Shown piece by piece: positions 50,077 through 59,496 of a stretch of DNA of 64,000 nt; within the stretch, counting starts at the first letter, position 1, and each line of letters starts with the position of its first letter. The stretch is taken from NCBI GenBank assembly GCA_963701965.1, contig OY969695.1, positions 2,176,001 to 2,240,000 of the forward strand. Direction: 5' to 3'. Both the position numbers and the translations under genes were made by a program. This DNA is from an uncultured Gemmatimonadales bacterium (lineage in GTDB: Bacteria; Gemmatimonadota; Gemmatimonadetes; Gemmatimonadales; Gemmatimonadaceae). The notes below the pieces were generated by a model. The model did not search any database. It was not told the origin of the DNA and saw only the letters and a program-made list of their open reading frames with translations.

Positions 50077-50339
50077 AGGAGGGAAGGCGCTCAACTCCGG
50101 CACGTTACTCTCAAACCGAAGTTGCGCGTCTCGGCTTGCCGGAATACTTGGTGTACGTTGCCGGAGCTTGCCGGCACAACGTCCACTGGAACGCACACAC
50201 TTTTCATGCCCCCACCGGGCGTCGGTAGCGCGACAGCACCCATCGTCGGCGGCGGGCCACGCGCCGGACCTCCACGTTGCGCGCTACGCGGCAAGCCTCC
50301 GCACGGCCGGTACTGCTCCCGAATGGATACTGGTACTGA

Positions 50340-50729
50340 TCAGAAGCGCGTGTACCCCTCGGCCGGAGCGAGCACCGTATCCTCCACGAGCGCGCGCTCA
50401 ATGCCAGTAAGCGCCGACTCGAGCTCCGCGGCCGCGCCGGTCGATACACGCCCGGCCACCGTGAGTCGAATCTTGCACGCGTCGCCGAGTGGTTCGATGG
50501 CCACACTGAGCTCGCGCACACTCGCGCCGAGGTGTCCCCAGAACGCGCCTGGACTCACGAGGCCCGTCGCTGACGGCAACGCGTAACGGAGCGTGCCGCC
50601 GGCCAGTGGATGCCCACCGACAACGTCGATCAGCGTCAGGAGATGAGGCCGCCCGCGAAGCACACGGCCCAGGAGCGAGAGCGTCCGCTCCGCGGGCGCG
50701 TCGAACGCTCTCGTCACCGTCGTCGTCAT
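50340..50729 (-). CDS. Hypothetical protein coupled to the catalase stop (ATGA overlap)
   Basis: 129-aa ORF; no recognisable motif. Confidence 0.4.
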   Translation of the reverse strand: MTTTVTRAFDAPAERTLSLLGRVLRGRPHLLTLIDVVGGHPLAGGTLRYALPSATGLVSPGAFWGHLGASVRELSVAIEPLGDACKIRLTVAGRVSTGAAAELESALTGIERALVEDTVLAPAEGYTRF

Positions 50730-52207
50730 GACGCGGCACCGGCCAAACGGCCATCGGACAGGGCGGCCTCGGCCCCCAGGCCGAGCTTCTCCGCCACTCG
50801 CCGACCGTAATCCGGATCGGCGTTCAGGAAATGCGCGAGCTGTCGGCGCTGGACCTCGACGCGAGCCTGTCCAAGCCCCCGCGCAATGCGGCTCGTCAAT
50901 CGGTCGCGGTGGCTATCGTCGAACAGCCGGTAGAGGTCACCCGCCTGCGTAAAATCGTCCTGATCCGTTGAATCGAACCGGTCGGCCACAGCCGCGGCGA
51001 GGTGCCACGCCGGATCAGCGCAAGAGGGATCGGGCGCCGGCGTTCCCGCGACGCTATTCGGCCAGTAGTTCGGTTTGTCGCCGTACGGCGCCGTCGCCAG
51101 CGCTCCGTCGCGAATGTAGTTCGCGGCACTGTGGCGCGGCGCGTTGACCGGCACCTGGTGGTGGTTCACGCCGAGCCAATGGAGGTGCGCGTCGGCGTAG
51201 CTCACGAGGCGCGCCTGCAGCATTTTGTCCGGACTCGGACCCACGCCAGGCACGAACGCGCTTGGCTTAAAGGCGGCCTGCTCGACCTCGGCGAAATAAT
51301 TCTCGGGGTTCCGATTGAGCTCGAGGATGCCGACGTCGATCAACGGAAACTCGCGGTGCGGCCAGACCTTCGTCAGATCGAACGGATTCCAACGGAACGT
51401 CTCGGCCCGGCTTGCCGTCATGACCTGAATCGACATGCGCCACCGTGGAAACTGGCCGCGCGCGATCGCATCGAACAGATCCCGCTGGTGACTCTCCCGG
51501 TCTTGTCCGATGAGCTGCGCCGAGTCGTCGTCGTGAAGCGTGTCGATGCCTTGTAGCGTCCGAAAGTGGAACTTGCACCAGACGCGTTCGGCGTGGGCGT
51601 TCACGAGAGAGTACGTGTGGCTGCCGAACCCGTGCATGTGCCGATAACCCTTCGGAATGCCACGGTCGGAAAACAGCATCGTCACCTGATGCAGGGACTC
51701 GGGGCACAACGACCAGAAGTCCCACTGCATGTCCATGTCGCGCAGGTTCGTCCTCGGGTGCCGCTTCTGCGTGTGGATGAACATCTGGAACTTGTACGGA
51801 TCGCGCACGAAGAATACCGGCGTATTGTTGCCGACGAGATCCCAGTTCCCTTCGGCCGTATAGAACTTGAGCGCGAACCCGCGCACGTCGCGCTCGGCGT
51901 CGGCGGCGCCGCGCTCGCCGGCAACGGTTGAGAATCGCGCGAACACAGGCGTCGAATGGCCGAGCCGCTCGAACAGCTTCGCGCGGGTGTAGCGCGTAAT
52001 GTCGTGCGTGACCGTGAATGTGCCGTACGCGCCGGACCCTTTCGCGTGCACCGGCCGCTCGGGAATGCGCTCGCGGTTGAAGTGCTGCATCTGCTCAATG
52101 AGCTGGACGTCTTGCATCAACACCGGGCCGCGCGGGCCGGCGGTCAACGCCTGCGGGACGCCGAGCGGGGCGCCGTTGGCGGTTGTCAGAACGGGTGGCT
52201 GTTCCAT
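50726..52207 (-). CDS. katA: Monofunctional heme catalase
   Basis: FNRERIPERPVHAKG (distal His), RFSTVAGE, VGNNTPVFF, DKMLQARLVSYAD (proximal Tyr). Confidence 0.95.
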   Translation of the reverse strand: MEQPPVLTTANGAPLGVPQALTAGPRGPVLMQDVQLIEQMQHFNRERIPERPVHAKGSGAYGTFTVTHDITRYTRAKLFERLGHSTPVFARFSTVAGERGAADAERDVRGFALKFYTAEGNWDLVGNNTPVFFVRDPYKFQMFIHTQKRHPRTNLRDMDMQWDFWSLCPESLHQVTMLFSDRGIPKGYRHMHGFGSHTYSLVNAHAERVWCKFHFRTLQGIDTLHDDDSAQLIGQDRESHQRDLFDAIARGQFPRWRMSIQVMTASRAETFRWNPFDLTKVWPHREFPLIDVGILELNRNPENYFAEVEQAAFKPSAFVPGVGPSPDKMLQARLVSYADAHLHWLGVNHHQVPVNAPRHSAANYIRDGALATAPYGDKPNYWPNSVAGTPAPDPSCADPAWHLAAAVADRFDSTDQDDFTQAGDLYRLFDDSHRDRLTSRIARGLGQARVEVQRRQLAHFLNADPDYGRRVAEKLGLGAEAALSDGRLAGAAS

Positions 52208-52232
52208 GTAGCGGAGGCTAGTGGCGGGACGT

Positions 52233-52280
52233 ATAGTTGTCCAAGATGGATTGTCTCGCATATCGATAGGTGGAACCTAT
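52233..52280. promoter_or_regulatory. OxyR-type binding site
   Basis: ATAG-N7-AGAT at 52233-52247 and perfect ATAG-N7-CTAT at 52266-52280, between divergent katA and oxyR. Confidence 0.7.
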
Positions 52281-53181
52281 GGAATTGCATCAGCTCCGCT
52301 ACTTCGTCGCCACTGCCGAATGTGGCAACGTGAGCCGCGCCGCCGAGCGCTGCTTCGTCGCGCAGCCCTCCCTGAGCCAACAGCTCAAGAAGCTGGAGCA
52401 GGAGTTGGGCACGACGTTGTTCGACCGCCTCGGCCGCGGCGTCGCGCTCACCGACGCGGGCCGGGCGCTCCTCCCCCGCGCGCGACGCATCCTCGCGGAG
52501 ATCCGTGAGACGGAGGCGAATCTCAAGCGCGAAGCGGAAGACGGCCCCGGCACGCTCGTCGTCGGCGCCATTCCGACAATGGCGCCGTACCTGCTTCCAC
52601 CGGCCCTGCGCGCGCTGCGCCGCGCCTATCCCACGTGTCCTATCACCGTGCGCGAGGACTACAGCGAAGCCCTCGTGGGCGCGCTCGAGAACAACGAGAT
52701 CGACTGCGCGATCCTGAGCACGCCGCTCGACAATGTGCTGCTCGACGTCAATGTCATTGGGCAGGAGGAGTTGCTCGTCGCGCTGCCGCGGCGCCACCCC
52801 GCGGGCGAACGAGCCGAGCTCCACATCTCGGACCTGCGGGGCCAGCCCACGGTGGCGCTCGCCGACACGCACTGCTTGAGCCGCCAGATCGACCACTTCT
52901 GCTCGACGCGCCATATCGCGAGCCAGGTCGTCTGCCGCACGACCCAACTCTCGACGATCACGGAGCTCGTCTCACTCGGCCTCGGGCTTTCGCTCGTACC
53001 GGAGATGGCAGCGGCGACCGATCGGTCCGACCGCTGCCGCTACCTTCGGTTGCGCCCCGGCAAGCCGGTCCGGCAGATCGTCGTCGCGTGGCGAAAGGGA
53101 CGGAGCCGGCCGGTCGCTGCTGTCCGCTTGATCGCGGAAGTGACCGCGCGCCTCGCCACTGGACGTCACGCGCGACCGTAG
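52279..53181 (+). CDS. oxyR: OxyR-like LysR regulator
   Basis: LysR HTH; GAIPTMAPYLLP; redox Cys pair HCLSRQIDHFC (C-X8-C); divergent from catalase. Confidence 0.8.
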   Translation: MELHQLRYFVATAECGNVSRAAERCFVAQPSLSQQLKKLEQELGTTLFDRLGRGVALTDAGRALLPRARRILAEIRETEANLKREAEDGPGTLVVGAIPTMAPYLLPPALRALRRAYPTCPITVREDYSEALVGALENNEIDCAILSTPLDNVLLDVNVIGQEELLVALPRRHPAGERAELHISDLRGQPTVALADTHCLSRQIDHFCSTRHIASQVVCRTTQLSTITELVSLGLGLSLVPEMAAATDRSDRCRYLRLRPGKPVRQIVVAWRKGRSRPVAAVRLIAEVTARLATGRHARP

Positions 53182-53324
53182 CCGCGAAGTCATCGACCAA
53201 CGTGGTCCGGTGGGGGCCGATCCCCTCGGCTCCAATGCCTCTACTGCAGAAACTCCGACGAAACTCCGACAGCGTGGGCGGGAAAGACAAAGCCCCGCAG
53301 CGACCAAGCGATGCAGGGCCTTCG

Positions 53325-53354
53325 AGTTGCCCCTCCTGGGCTCGAACCAGGACT
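53325..53354 (-). repeat. 30-bp exact copy of the tRNA-Gln 3' end (att site)
   Basis: AGTTGCCCCTCCTGGGCTCGAACCAGGACT is identical to 60279-60308. Confidence 0.95.
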
Positions 53355-53689
53355 GTGGACGCCGAGTCCGAAGGCGCCACCACCCGGGCGAGCAGGAGCG
53401 CTCGGTCAGGAGCTGCCGCGCAATGTCCCCATAGTGGCAACCCAACAAGCGGTGCACGGCGATCTCGCGTTAGCACGGAGTCCCAGCGCGCAGCAGAGCA
53501 AGTTGCCGGACGTTCACGCACCCGATGAGCAAACGCAACCAACCGCGTCGTGAGCATCGACAATAGGGCCGCGCGTCGCCGACCACACAGTGGCGTAGGG
53601 ACCACGGTGACGCCCCGGCATAAGGCAAACCATCCTGTCGAAGCATGGTGAGCCCTAGCGATCCCATGACCGACGCGATTGGCGCTCGC

Positions 53690-54073
53690 GAGCGAGCGTG
53701 CGTCGTGTCGATTCACTCTTCGGACCAGGCCGCCGGATAGGGCTCCGATTACAGCTCCGGCGGCGGCAACCAGCACCACTGTTATCGCGAGGACGCCGAG
53801 GCTCGGGATCCCATTCGGGGGCCTTCCAGGGCCGATCGCCCAAGACACCGCCCAGCCAATAGTCGCTTCGACAGCGGCGATGATGGCGACTCCCCATGAC
53901 GCCGCAGCGACGTTCACTCGGCGGCCGATCATAAACCCGAAGGCCGCATAGATCAGCCAAGAGTCGACAGTCGCATAACTGTACCGGAATCCGATCGTTC
54001 GAGACGCGACCGAAGCCACTAGGTCAAAGACGACGATGGCCAGCGCGCCCCACGAGACCAGTCTTCCGACCAC
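53690..54073 (-). CDS. Hypothetical 4-TM membrane protein, 3' end uncertain
   Basis: First ~125 aa are hydrophobic and protein-like (EATIGWAVSWAIGPG); the rest of the 371-aa ORF looks like read-through. Confidence 0.55.
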
Positions 54074-54256
54074 GTTCGCACTCGGTTTCTCAAAGAGACG
54101 GCAATCATGCGCGGCGGAGCGGTCGACCGCCAGGCCGGCTCGCGCCTCCGTGTTACTGATCCGGAAGAGTCAGCCCCGCTCCTTGCCGCTTCTTGCCAGA
54201 TCTAACTCACACAGATCCTCACACAGCTTGGCGGGCCAGCGGCAGCTCGCTCCGCG

Positions 54257-54440
54257 CTACTGGGGAGGCAGCGTCGCGAGGAACGCATTCATCTCACGCA
54301 GTACGTCCGCCTCATTCGACCCAACCACCCAATGCGACGCGTTAGCTATTCGAACAACGTGCGCCGTGGGATTGGCGCGCTCGAACGCCGTCGCCTGGGC
54401 CGCAATGGCCGAATCGACGCCGGCGGGCACAACCGCGCTC
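54257..54440 (-). pseudogene. C-terminal remnant of an alpha/beta hydrolase
   Basis: AFERANPTAHVVRIANASHWV..SNEADVLREMNAFL covers the catalytic His region only. Confidence 0.65.
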
Positions 54441-54829
54441 ATTGTGCCTTGTGCCCACGTTGTGCCCAGGGGTTTCCGCCAAGCGATTGTGCGTCGGCCG
54501 TCCTCTCTCACCAGGAGCCGGCAAGCGGCCGATCGCGCGTCAGATTTGCAGCGACGAGGATCGTGCGCCTGTCAAGCGATCCGGTCCGTCTCTAGGCATG
54601 GGCCCACACGCTCCAGGTCGGGTCGGACTTCATAGATCTTCAGACCAACGGCCTCTGCGACCTCAGCTTTGGCGAGCATTTCGAGCACGCCACGCTGGCG
54701 CTGGCGATGGCGGGATAACCACTCGCCGGTCGGCACGGTCGCCAAAAAGACGGTGGGCAGACGTCCGCGCAACGGGCGTTCCGTAGGATTCAGCCATCAA
54801 CGAGCCTCTTCACCGTGTCCGAGACCCCT

Positions 54830-55375
54830 ATGCGCCTCCGCAACCGCCTTGCCGTCATCACATCTCTCTCCACCCTCGCGCCAGCCGTCGTGCTCGCGCA
54901 GAAGGACCTCGCATCCTGCAAAGTCGTCTTCGATGCCACCCTCAAACAGCGGGGTACGCCATACCATATGTATACGATGCTCCCCACAAGCCTGACGGGC
55001 GGCAAACCCAAGCAGGACGAGATGATTAGCACCAAGGACAAGACTTACATCATGATCGAGGGCAAATGGAAAGTCAGCCCGATGACGCCAGAGGACAGCA
55101 GGAAGCAGGAAGAGGAGAACATCAAGAACGCCAAGACGTACAATTGCCATCGCGTGCGCGAGGAGTCGGTGGGCGGCGTAGCGGCCACGGTGTACGCCGT
55201 TCACAGCGAGAGTGAAGACGCCGACTCGGATGGCCAAATTTGGATCGCCAACGGCAGCGGGCTGCCGGTCAAGACCGAGATCGGCCTCGATTCCGGTGGC
55301 AGCGCCGCGTCAAAGGACCACATCTCGACCCGCTACGACTATAGCAACGTTCAGGCACCACCGGTTTCGCAGTAG
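54830..55375 (+). CDS. Secreted hypothetical protein
   Basis: Signal peptide ending VLA-Q; GKW..SPM, EE.VGG..A.VY, WI....GLP.K.E, TRYDY.NV. Confidence 0.82.
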   Translation: MRLRNRLAVITSLSTLAPAVVLAQKDLASCKVVFDATLKQRGTPYHMYTMLPTSLTGGKPKQDEMISTKDKTYIMIEGKWKVSPMTPEDSRKQEEENIKNAKTYNCHRVREESVGGVAATVYAVHSESEDADSDGQIWIANGSGLPVKTEIGLDSGGSAASKDHISTRYDYSNVQAPPVSQ

Positions 55376-55505
55376 GGAACCGCATCATTGGCGTCGAGCG
55401 GAGCTTCCCCCGGCGAGGCGCCGGGGCACCGACTTGGAGGGGATTGCACTCTACTCTGTGGACACGCTTTCTCATCTTCAGCGATTGGGTTGTTCCGTCA
55501 GCCCG

Positions 55506-55697
55506 TCACTGTTCACGGAACTCAAGCGAGCAGAATCGCGCCTTGGGAGGCGTGAGGTTCCAACGCTGGCAATGGGGACAGACAACCCAGAGGCGCCCCT
55601 TCGCCGCATCGAATGCCAGGCGCTGACCCACTGGGAAGCGCTCGACGACCTGGTTCGCGCCGAGCGGCGAGTGGCAGAATAGGCAGGTCGAGTACAT
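55506..55697 (-). pseudogene. N-terminal zinc-ribbon fragment of a probably longer protein
   Basis: MYSTCLFCH...RLAFD..KGRLWVVCPHCQRWNLTP (2 x CxxC), followed by an abrupt stop. Confidence 0.6.
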
Positions 55698-55837
55698 GCC
55701 TTTGGCTATAATCCGAGAGAACGACCGGCTCTGCCAGGGCAGTCGCACGCTATGCAAGCCGAGTTTGCGTTGGCCAATGGCACTTGAGTCTTCAGGCCTG
55801 CAGGGCTGATTGAACGATCGCGCTCACGTGCCCAGCC

Positions 55838-56380
55838 CTACTCTGCCACTGTCGCCGGCCGTCTCGTGTCATCGCGAAATACGCGGCGAATCCAGAGCGA
55901 CTGAAAGACGACAACTGCGACCGCGTAGTAGGCAAAGGCGACCGCTGGATAATGGCCCCACGAACGTGGATCCGGGCTCAGATACAGCATCACCGCGCTC
56001 ATCAACGCAAAACAACTCGCATAGGCCAGGGTCGCCGCGAAGGCCTGTGCTCTCGTCGACTTCCCTACCGCGGTCTCCAGCATCGCCGCATACTGCGCCT
56101 CACCGATGCTGCGAAAGAACCACGCGCTACGGAGATTCGATGCTGTGACCATGAACGATAGGATCAGAACGACAACGCCGAGTGCCGTGTTGTAATACGG
56201 CAAGAGGCACACGGCGATGGTGGCAACGGCGAAACGATACCCTAGACCCCGTGCAATTGGGTTCGCCTCCAGCAGCAGCTTGGGGCTGATGAGCCACGTG
56301 CTGCCGATGTCTCCAACCCGCGACAACAAGACCAATCCGGCGAACACGTGTACGAAGTGACTGCTGACAAAACCCGCCAA
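55838..56380 (-). CDS. Membrane protein (DUF5658-like)
   Basis: AGGAG 9 nt before TTG; D..STW.....EANP motif; about 5 TM helices. Confidence 0.7.
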   Translation of the reverse strand: MAGFVSSHFVHVFAGLVLLSRVGDIGSTWLISPKLLLEANPIARGLGYRFAVATIAVCLLPYYNTALGVVVLILSFMVTASNLRSAWFFRSIGEAQYAAMLETAVGKSTRAQAFAATLAYASCFALMSAVMLYLSPDPRSWGHYPAVAFAYYAVAVVVFQSLWIRRVFRDDTRRPATVAE

Positions 56381-56681
56381 TTCTTGGTTCTCCTGATCAG
56401 AGTCCGACCGAGGCGCAGCTCGTTCCGGGTAACCAGTCCCGATACGGCGCCTAATCGGGCATCGGCGCCCGCCCACGCTGTCGAGATCGTCGCAACAGCC
56501 CGGAGAAACTGCGCCGAAACTACTGCCGACACGCCTCAAACACTTCATCAGGAGTAGGCCTGGCGAGGAAACAAACTGCGACCCCGCTCCAAACTCGACA
56601 ATACCGGTCCAGTTGCGCCTAGCTATATTCATCCAGCGTGCGCAATTCGGCATTTGTTCGGCACCGGATCGGAGGATCTCT

Positions 56682-57443
56682 ATGAGCTCGACCCATACTG
56701 CGATCGAATGGACCGATGCCACGTGGAATCCGATGACGGGCTGCACGAAAATCTCCGCGGGCTGCGACTATTGCTACGCCGCATTGTTGGCACAAACCAA
56801 GACCCGCGACGTGTATCTGCGTCGACGCCCTGTTAAGGAGAGCGCGGCGAACCTAGCGGATCCGTTTGCGCCCCGCTTTTGGGAAGATCGACTACGGCAG
56901 CCGCTAAGCTGGCGCACTCCCAAGCGGATATTCGTCAACAGTATGTCTGACGTATTTCATGCTCACTTTAGCGTCGAAATGATCCGTGCCGTTTTCGACG
57001 TGATGGCTCAAGCCGACTGGCATCAATTTCAGCTATTGACGAAGCGACCAGATCGTGCTGCTCGACTCTCACCCAAATTGCCTTGGCCTAAGAATGTTTG
57101 GATCGGGACTTCGGTTGAGAGCATGAACGTCGCACACCGCGTCGATGCTGTGCGGAGTATCGGTGAAGCGGCCGTCCGATTCATATCCGCAGAGCCCCTG
57201 CTCGGTCCGCTCGACCAGTTGGACCTGAGCAATATTCAATGGGTCATCGGCGGTGGAGAGAGCGGGCCTCACTACCGCCCAGTTGATCCGGCGTGGGCGA
57301 TTGGCCTGCGAAATCTCTGTCGATCGAAGCGCGTAGCCTTCTTCTGGAAGCAATGGGGTGGGCGAACGCCGAAAGCTGGCGGGCGATTACTCGAGGGGAA
57401 GGAGTACAGCGCTTACCCGGCACCTCTACCTACCCGTCGGTAG
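56682..57443 (+). CDS. DUF5131 (phage Gp37/Gp68) three-Cys-motif radical-SAM-like protein
   Basis: GGAGG RBS; IEWTDATWNPMTGCTKISAGCDYCYA (Cx6Cx2C), FVNSMSDVFH, LLTKRP, SAEPLLG, WVIGGGESG, FFWKQWGG. Confidence 0.95.
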   Translation: MSSTHTAIEWTDATWNPMTGCTKISAGCDYCYAALLAQTKTRDVYLRRRPVKESAANLADPFAPRFWEDRLRQPLSWRTPKRIFVNSMSDVFHAHFSVEMIRAVFDVMAQADWHQFQLLTKRPDRAARLSPKLPWPKNVWIGTSVESMNVAHRVDAVRSIGEAAVRFISAEPLLGPLDQLDLSNIQWVIGGGESGPHYRPVDPAWAIGLRNLCRSKRVAFFWKQWGGRTPKAGGRLLEGKEYSAYPAPLPTRR

Positions 57444-58635
57444 CGCCCGGAAACGCAAACTCGAGCGGTCGCTTACTAACCGCGTAACTTGCCAGTTCTT
57501 TCTTCAGATCGTCGCCCATGTGCGAGTAGAAACGGGTCTCTGCCAGAACAAATTCTTTTACGCTGTCTTGCGTGCCAGTCCAACGGACCCGTTTCCCCGC
57601 AAACTTCTTCCGCACCGCTTCGAGTATCGGTTGTAAGTCCGTGGTAATGTGAATCGTCATTGATTCCTTGGCGTCATCAGGCAATGCACTCTTATTGATC
57701 GCTGCTCCTATGACCGCCTTCATTTTCGTGAATGCGCGCGGCGACTTCGACGCATGAATCAAGTAGTACGCATGGCGATTGTCAGCGGTTCGAAGCGCGA
57801 ATGGAAGCACGTAAGTCGCGCCTAAGGTGATTAGAAGCTCAACGTACATTTCCACGGCACGTTCCGGCCTGCGTGAAATCGACGTCCTAATAAGCTCATT
57901 CGTCGCCGATTCATCGCCGTACGCTTCCCGCAAGATTCGCTCAGCCGCGGGTTTCGTGTAACCCAAAGCCCTTGCACTTGCTTCGACCTCCCTTCGTCTC
58001 CGCTCTTGATCCTCCACGTCAAACTCGGGGAACAGAGAAGGCCGATCCTGCAACTTCGCGACTTCGCGGTCGAGATCGGGCACCTCGCTGGCAACAACGC
58101 CAAGAAGTCGCACCGCAGACTCATCGGAGAACATCAAGAGCACCTCGCGGCGCTCACCCTCCAGAATCTTCTTAACCACGTCGCGTTTCAGACCATCAAC
58201 GCCGAACGGATCAAGGAAGAAGAATGCCGGTTCTTCCCCGATTTTCTGCAAGAGTCCGTCGACCTTTTCGGCGAACGTTGAATGCCTCAGATATGCCACC
58301 GGGTGTGGCCCAGACCGATCGATATCGTAGGGCGCCATGGCGGCCTCTAGTCGGCGAAATCGACCTGCGTCCTTTTCGATCGCCACTACTGTAACGCGTT
58401 TGCCGTGTCCCAATCGATCTTGTACTTGGACGGCTATTTTCGCCGCGATGACGGGCGACCCATCGTTCCCCAACTCGTCCTTTCCTGCGCCGGCGAACGC
58501 ATCGATGATCCAGACTCGCGAGAGCTTGGACAACAATATCATGGCCCAAGCCTTCAAGTAGCCATCTAAGATCAGATGCTTGAAGAGCGTGTGGGCTTTG
58601 AATTCTGCGAAATGGTCGTCGTGATTCGACAACAC
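57430..58635 (-). CDS. tcmP: Three-Cys-motif partner protein (SAM-methyltransferase-like)
   Basis: HT..KH.IL..YL.AW, IDAFAGAG...GSP, IEKD, FFLDPFG, YYLIHAS, KMK; adjacent to DUF5131. Confidence 0.9.
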   Translation of the reverse strand: MLSNHDDHFAEFKAHTLFKHLILDGYLKAWAMILLSKLSRVWIIDAFAGAGKDELGNDGSPVIAAKIAVQVQDRLGHGKRVTVVAIEKDAGRFRRLEAAMAPYDIDRSGPHPVAYLRHSTFAEKVDGLLQKIGEEPAFFFLDPFGVDGLKRDVVKKILEGERREVLLMFSDESAVRLLGVVASEVPDLDREVAKLQDRPSLFPEFDVEDQERRRREVEASARALGYTKPAAERILREAYGDESATNELIRTSISRRPERAVEMYVELLITLGATYVLPFALRTADNRHAYYLIHASKSPRAFTKMKAVIGAAINKSALPDDAKESMTIHITTDLQPILEAVRKKFAGKRVRWTGTQDSVKEFVLAETRFYSHMGDDLKKELASYAVSKRPLEFAFPGATDG

Positions 58636-59238
58636 TCCTCCTCTCGGTGGATCGCGTAGTACAGCGCCCAGATTGCGCTGCCGACGTGGTCACCGCAAGA
58701 GCCGAATGGGCTGGCGATTTCGAGTGAACGGGCAACTGTCTACGGTTCGATGATGTCCGTTGTGCGAGCAAGAGGATCGATACCGGTGCGTCGCGCCTTC
58801 GGCGCTTGCACCAGGTATCTGATCCCTGCTCGCCGCCATTCGCACCGGCTGCGCCGGCGCTCAAGGCGGATTGCAATCCTGCATGGTGACTAGCGCGCGT
58901 CTGGCGCAGGGCGACGACTCTTGGCTGCCCGGTCTAGCTCTTCCCCAAAGGTCGCCCAGTTCTGTCCGAATGCCGCAAACCAGCGCGATAGGTAGTCCCT
59001 CGAGATATTGCGCTTCCCCAACTCGGCATCAGACGCGTAGTTGGGATGGATTTGCGTTAGGAAGGCCCCCCGCTCCTGGGTTAGCCCTTTCGCTCCCGGA
59101 TTGCACGGAGCATCTGCCCGAGCACCGCTCGGTCGTCATTGGTGGGGGCACGCCCAAGGGGGACGAGTTCCCGCGCTAAAAGTCCACCCACCATCCGGTG
59201 GGTAACGGCAGATCGGCTTCGCCCGTGCGTCCCAGACG

Positions 59239-59496
59239 TCAGCCTCTGCCCTCAAGCAGTTGCGGCACACGGCCGGCAAGGGTTTCGAGCGCCTTGAAGT
59301 ACCGTCCATGCGTCCGCAACAGACCTTCCCTGTTCGCCGCCTCCAAGAGGACGATCTCGCGTTCGACGCCTTCGCGATTCAACACGATCTCCAGATCAAT
59401 GCGAGCATTTTCCGCCAGCGTCCGTTGGGAGTCGCTGAACGCTCGGATACTGACTAACTCCGCACGACCTCTGTCGTACTCAATCAGAAATAGCAT
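59239..59496 (-). CDS. Putative antitoxin, ATphRel / CapRel C-terminal-domain-like
   Basis: GGAG RBS inside the toxin 3' end; FLIEYDR...A..AR..LE......EIVLLEA....L.RTHGRYF. Confidence 0.72.
   Translation of the reverse strand: MLFLIEYDRGRAELVSIRAFSDSQRTLAENARIDLEIVLNREGVEREIVLLEAANREGLLRTHGRYFKALETLAGRVPQLLEGRG

Noticed and set aside
51175..51190. Catalase inactivation by the R-to-W change in AHLHWLG
   Set aside because: It is a single CGG/TGG-type change, the distal His and proximal Tyr are intact, and the effect cannot be judged from sequence.
50034..53354. Additional functional tRNA genes at 50034 and 53325
   Set aside because: Both copies lack the 5' acceptor strand and D arm, so they are treated as att remnants.
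52958..53690. C-terminal extension of the 371-aa ORF 52958-54073
   Set aside because: It runs through the att repeat and antisense into oxyR, and its composition is not protein-like.
53438..54240. Possible integron attC sites (ACCCAACAAGCGG...GTTAG near 53440; ATCTAAC near 54200)
   Set aside because: Only half-sites are visible, I could not build complementary R''/R' arms, and there is no intI gene.
54572..54772. Small ORF possibly an excisionase or HTH remnant
   Set aside because: No convincing motif or start signal.
58640..59235. Hidden gene or ncRNA between tcmP and the antitoxin
   Set aside because: The short ORFs lack RBS and motifs, and I recognised no RNA structure.
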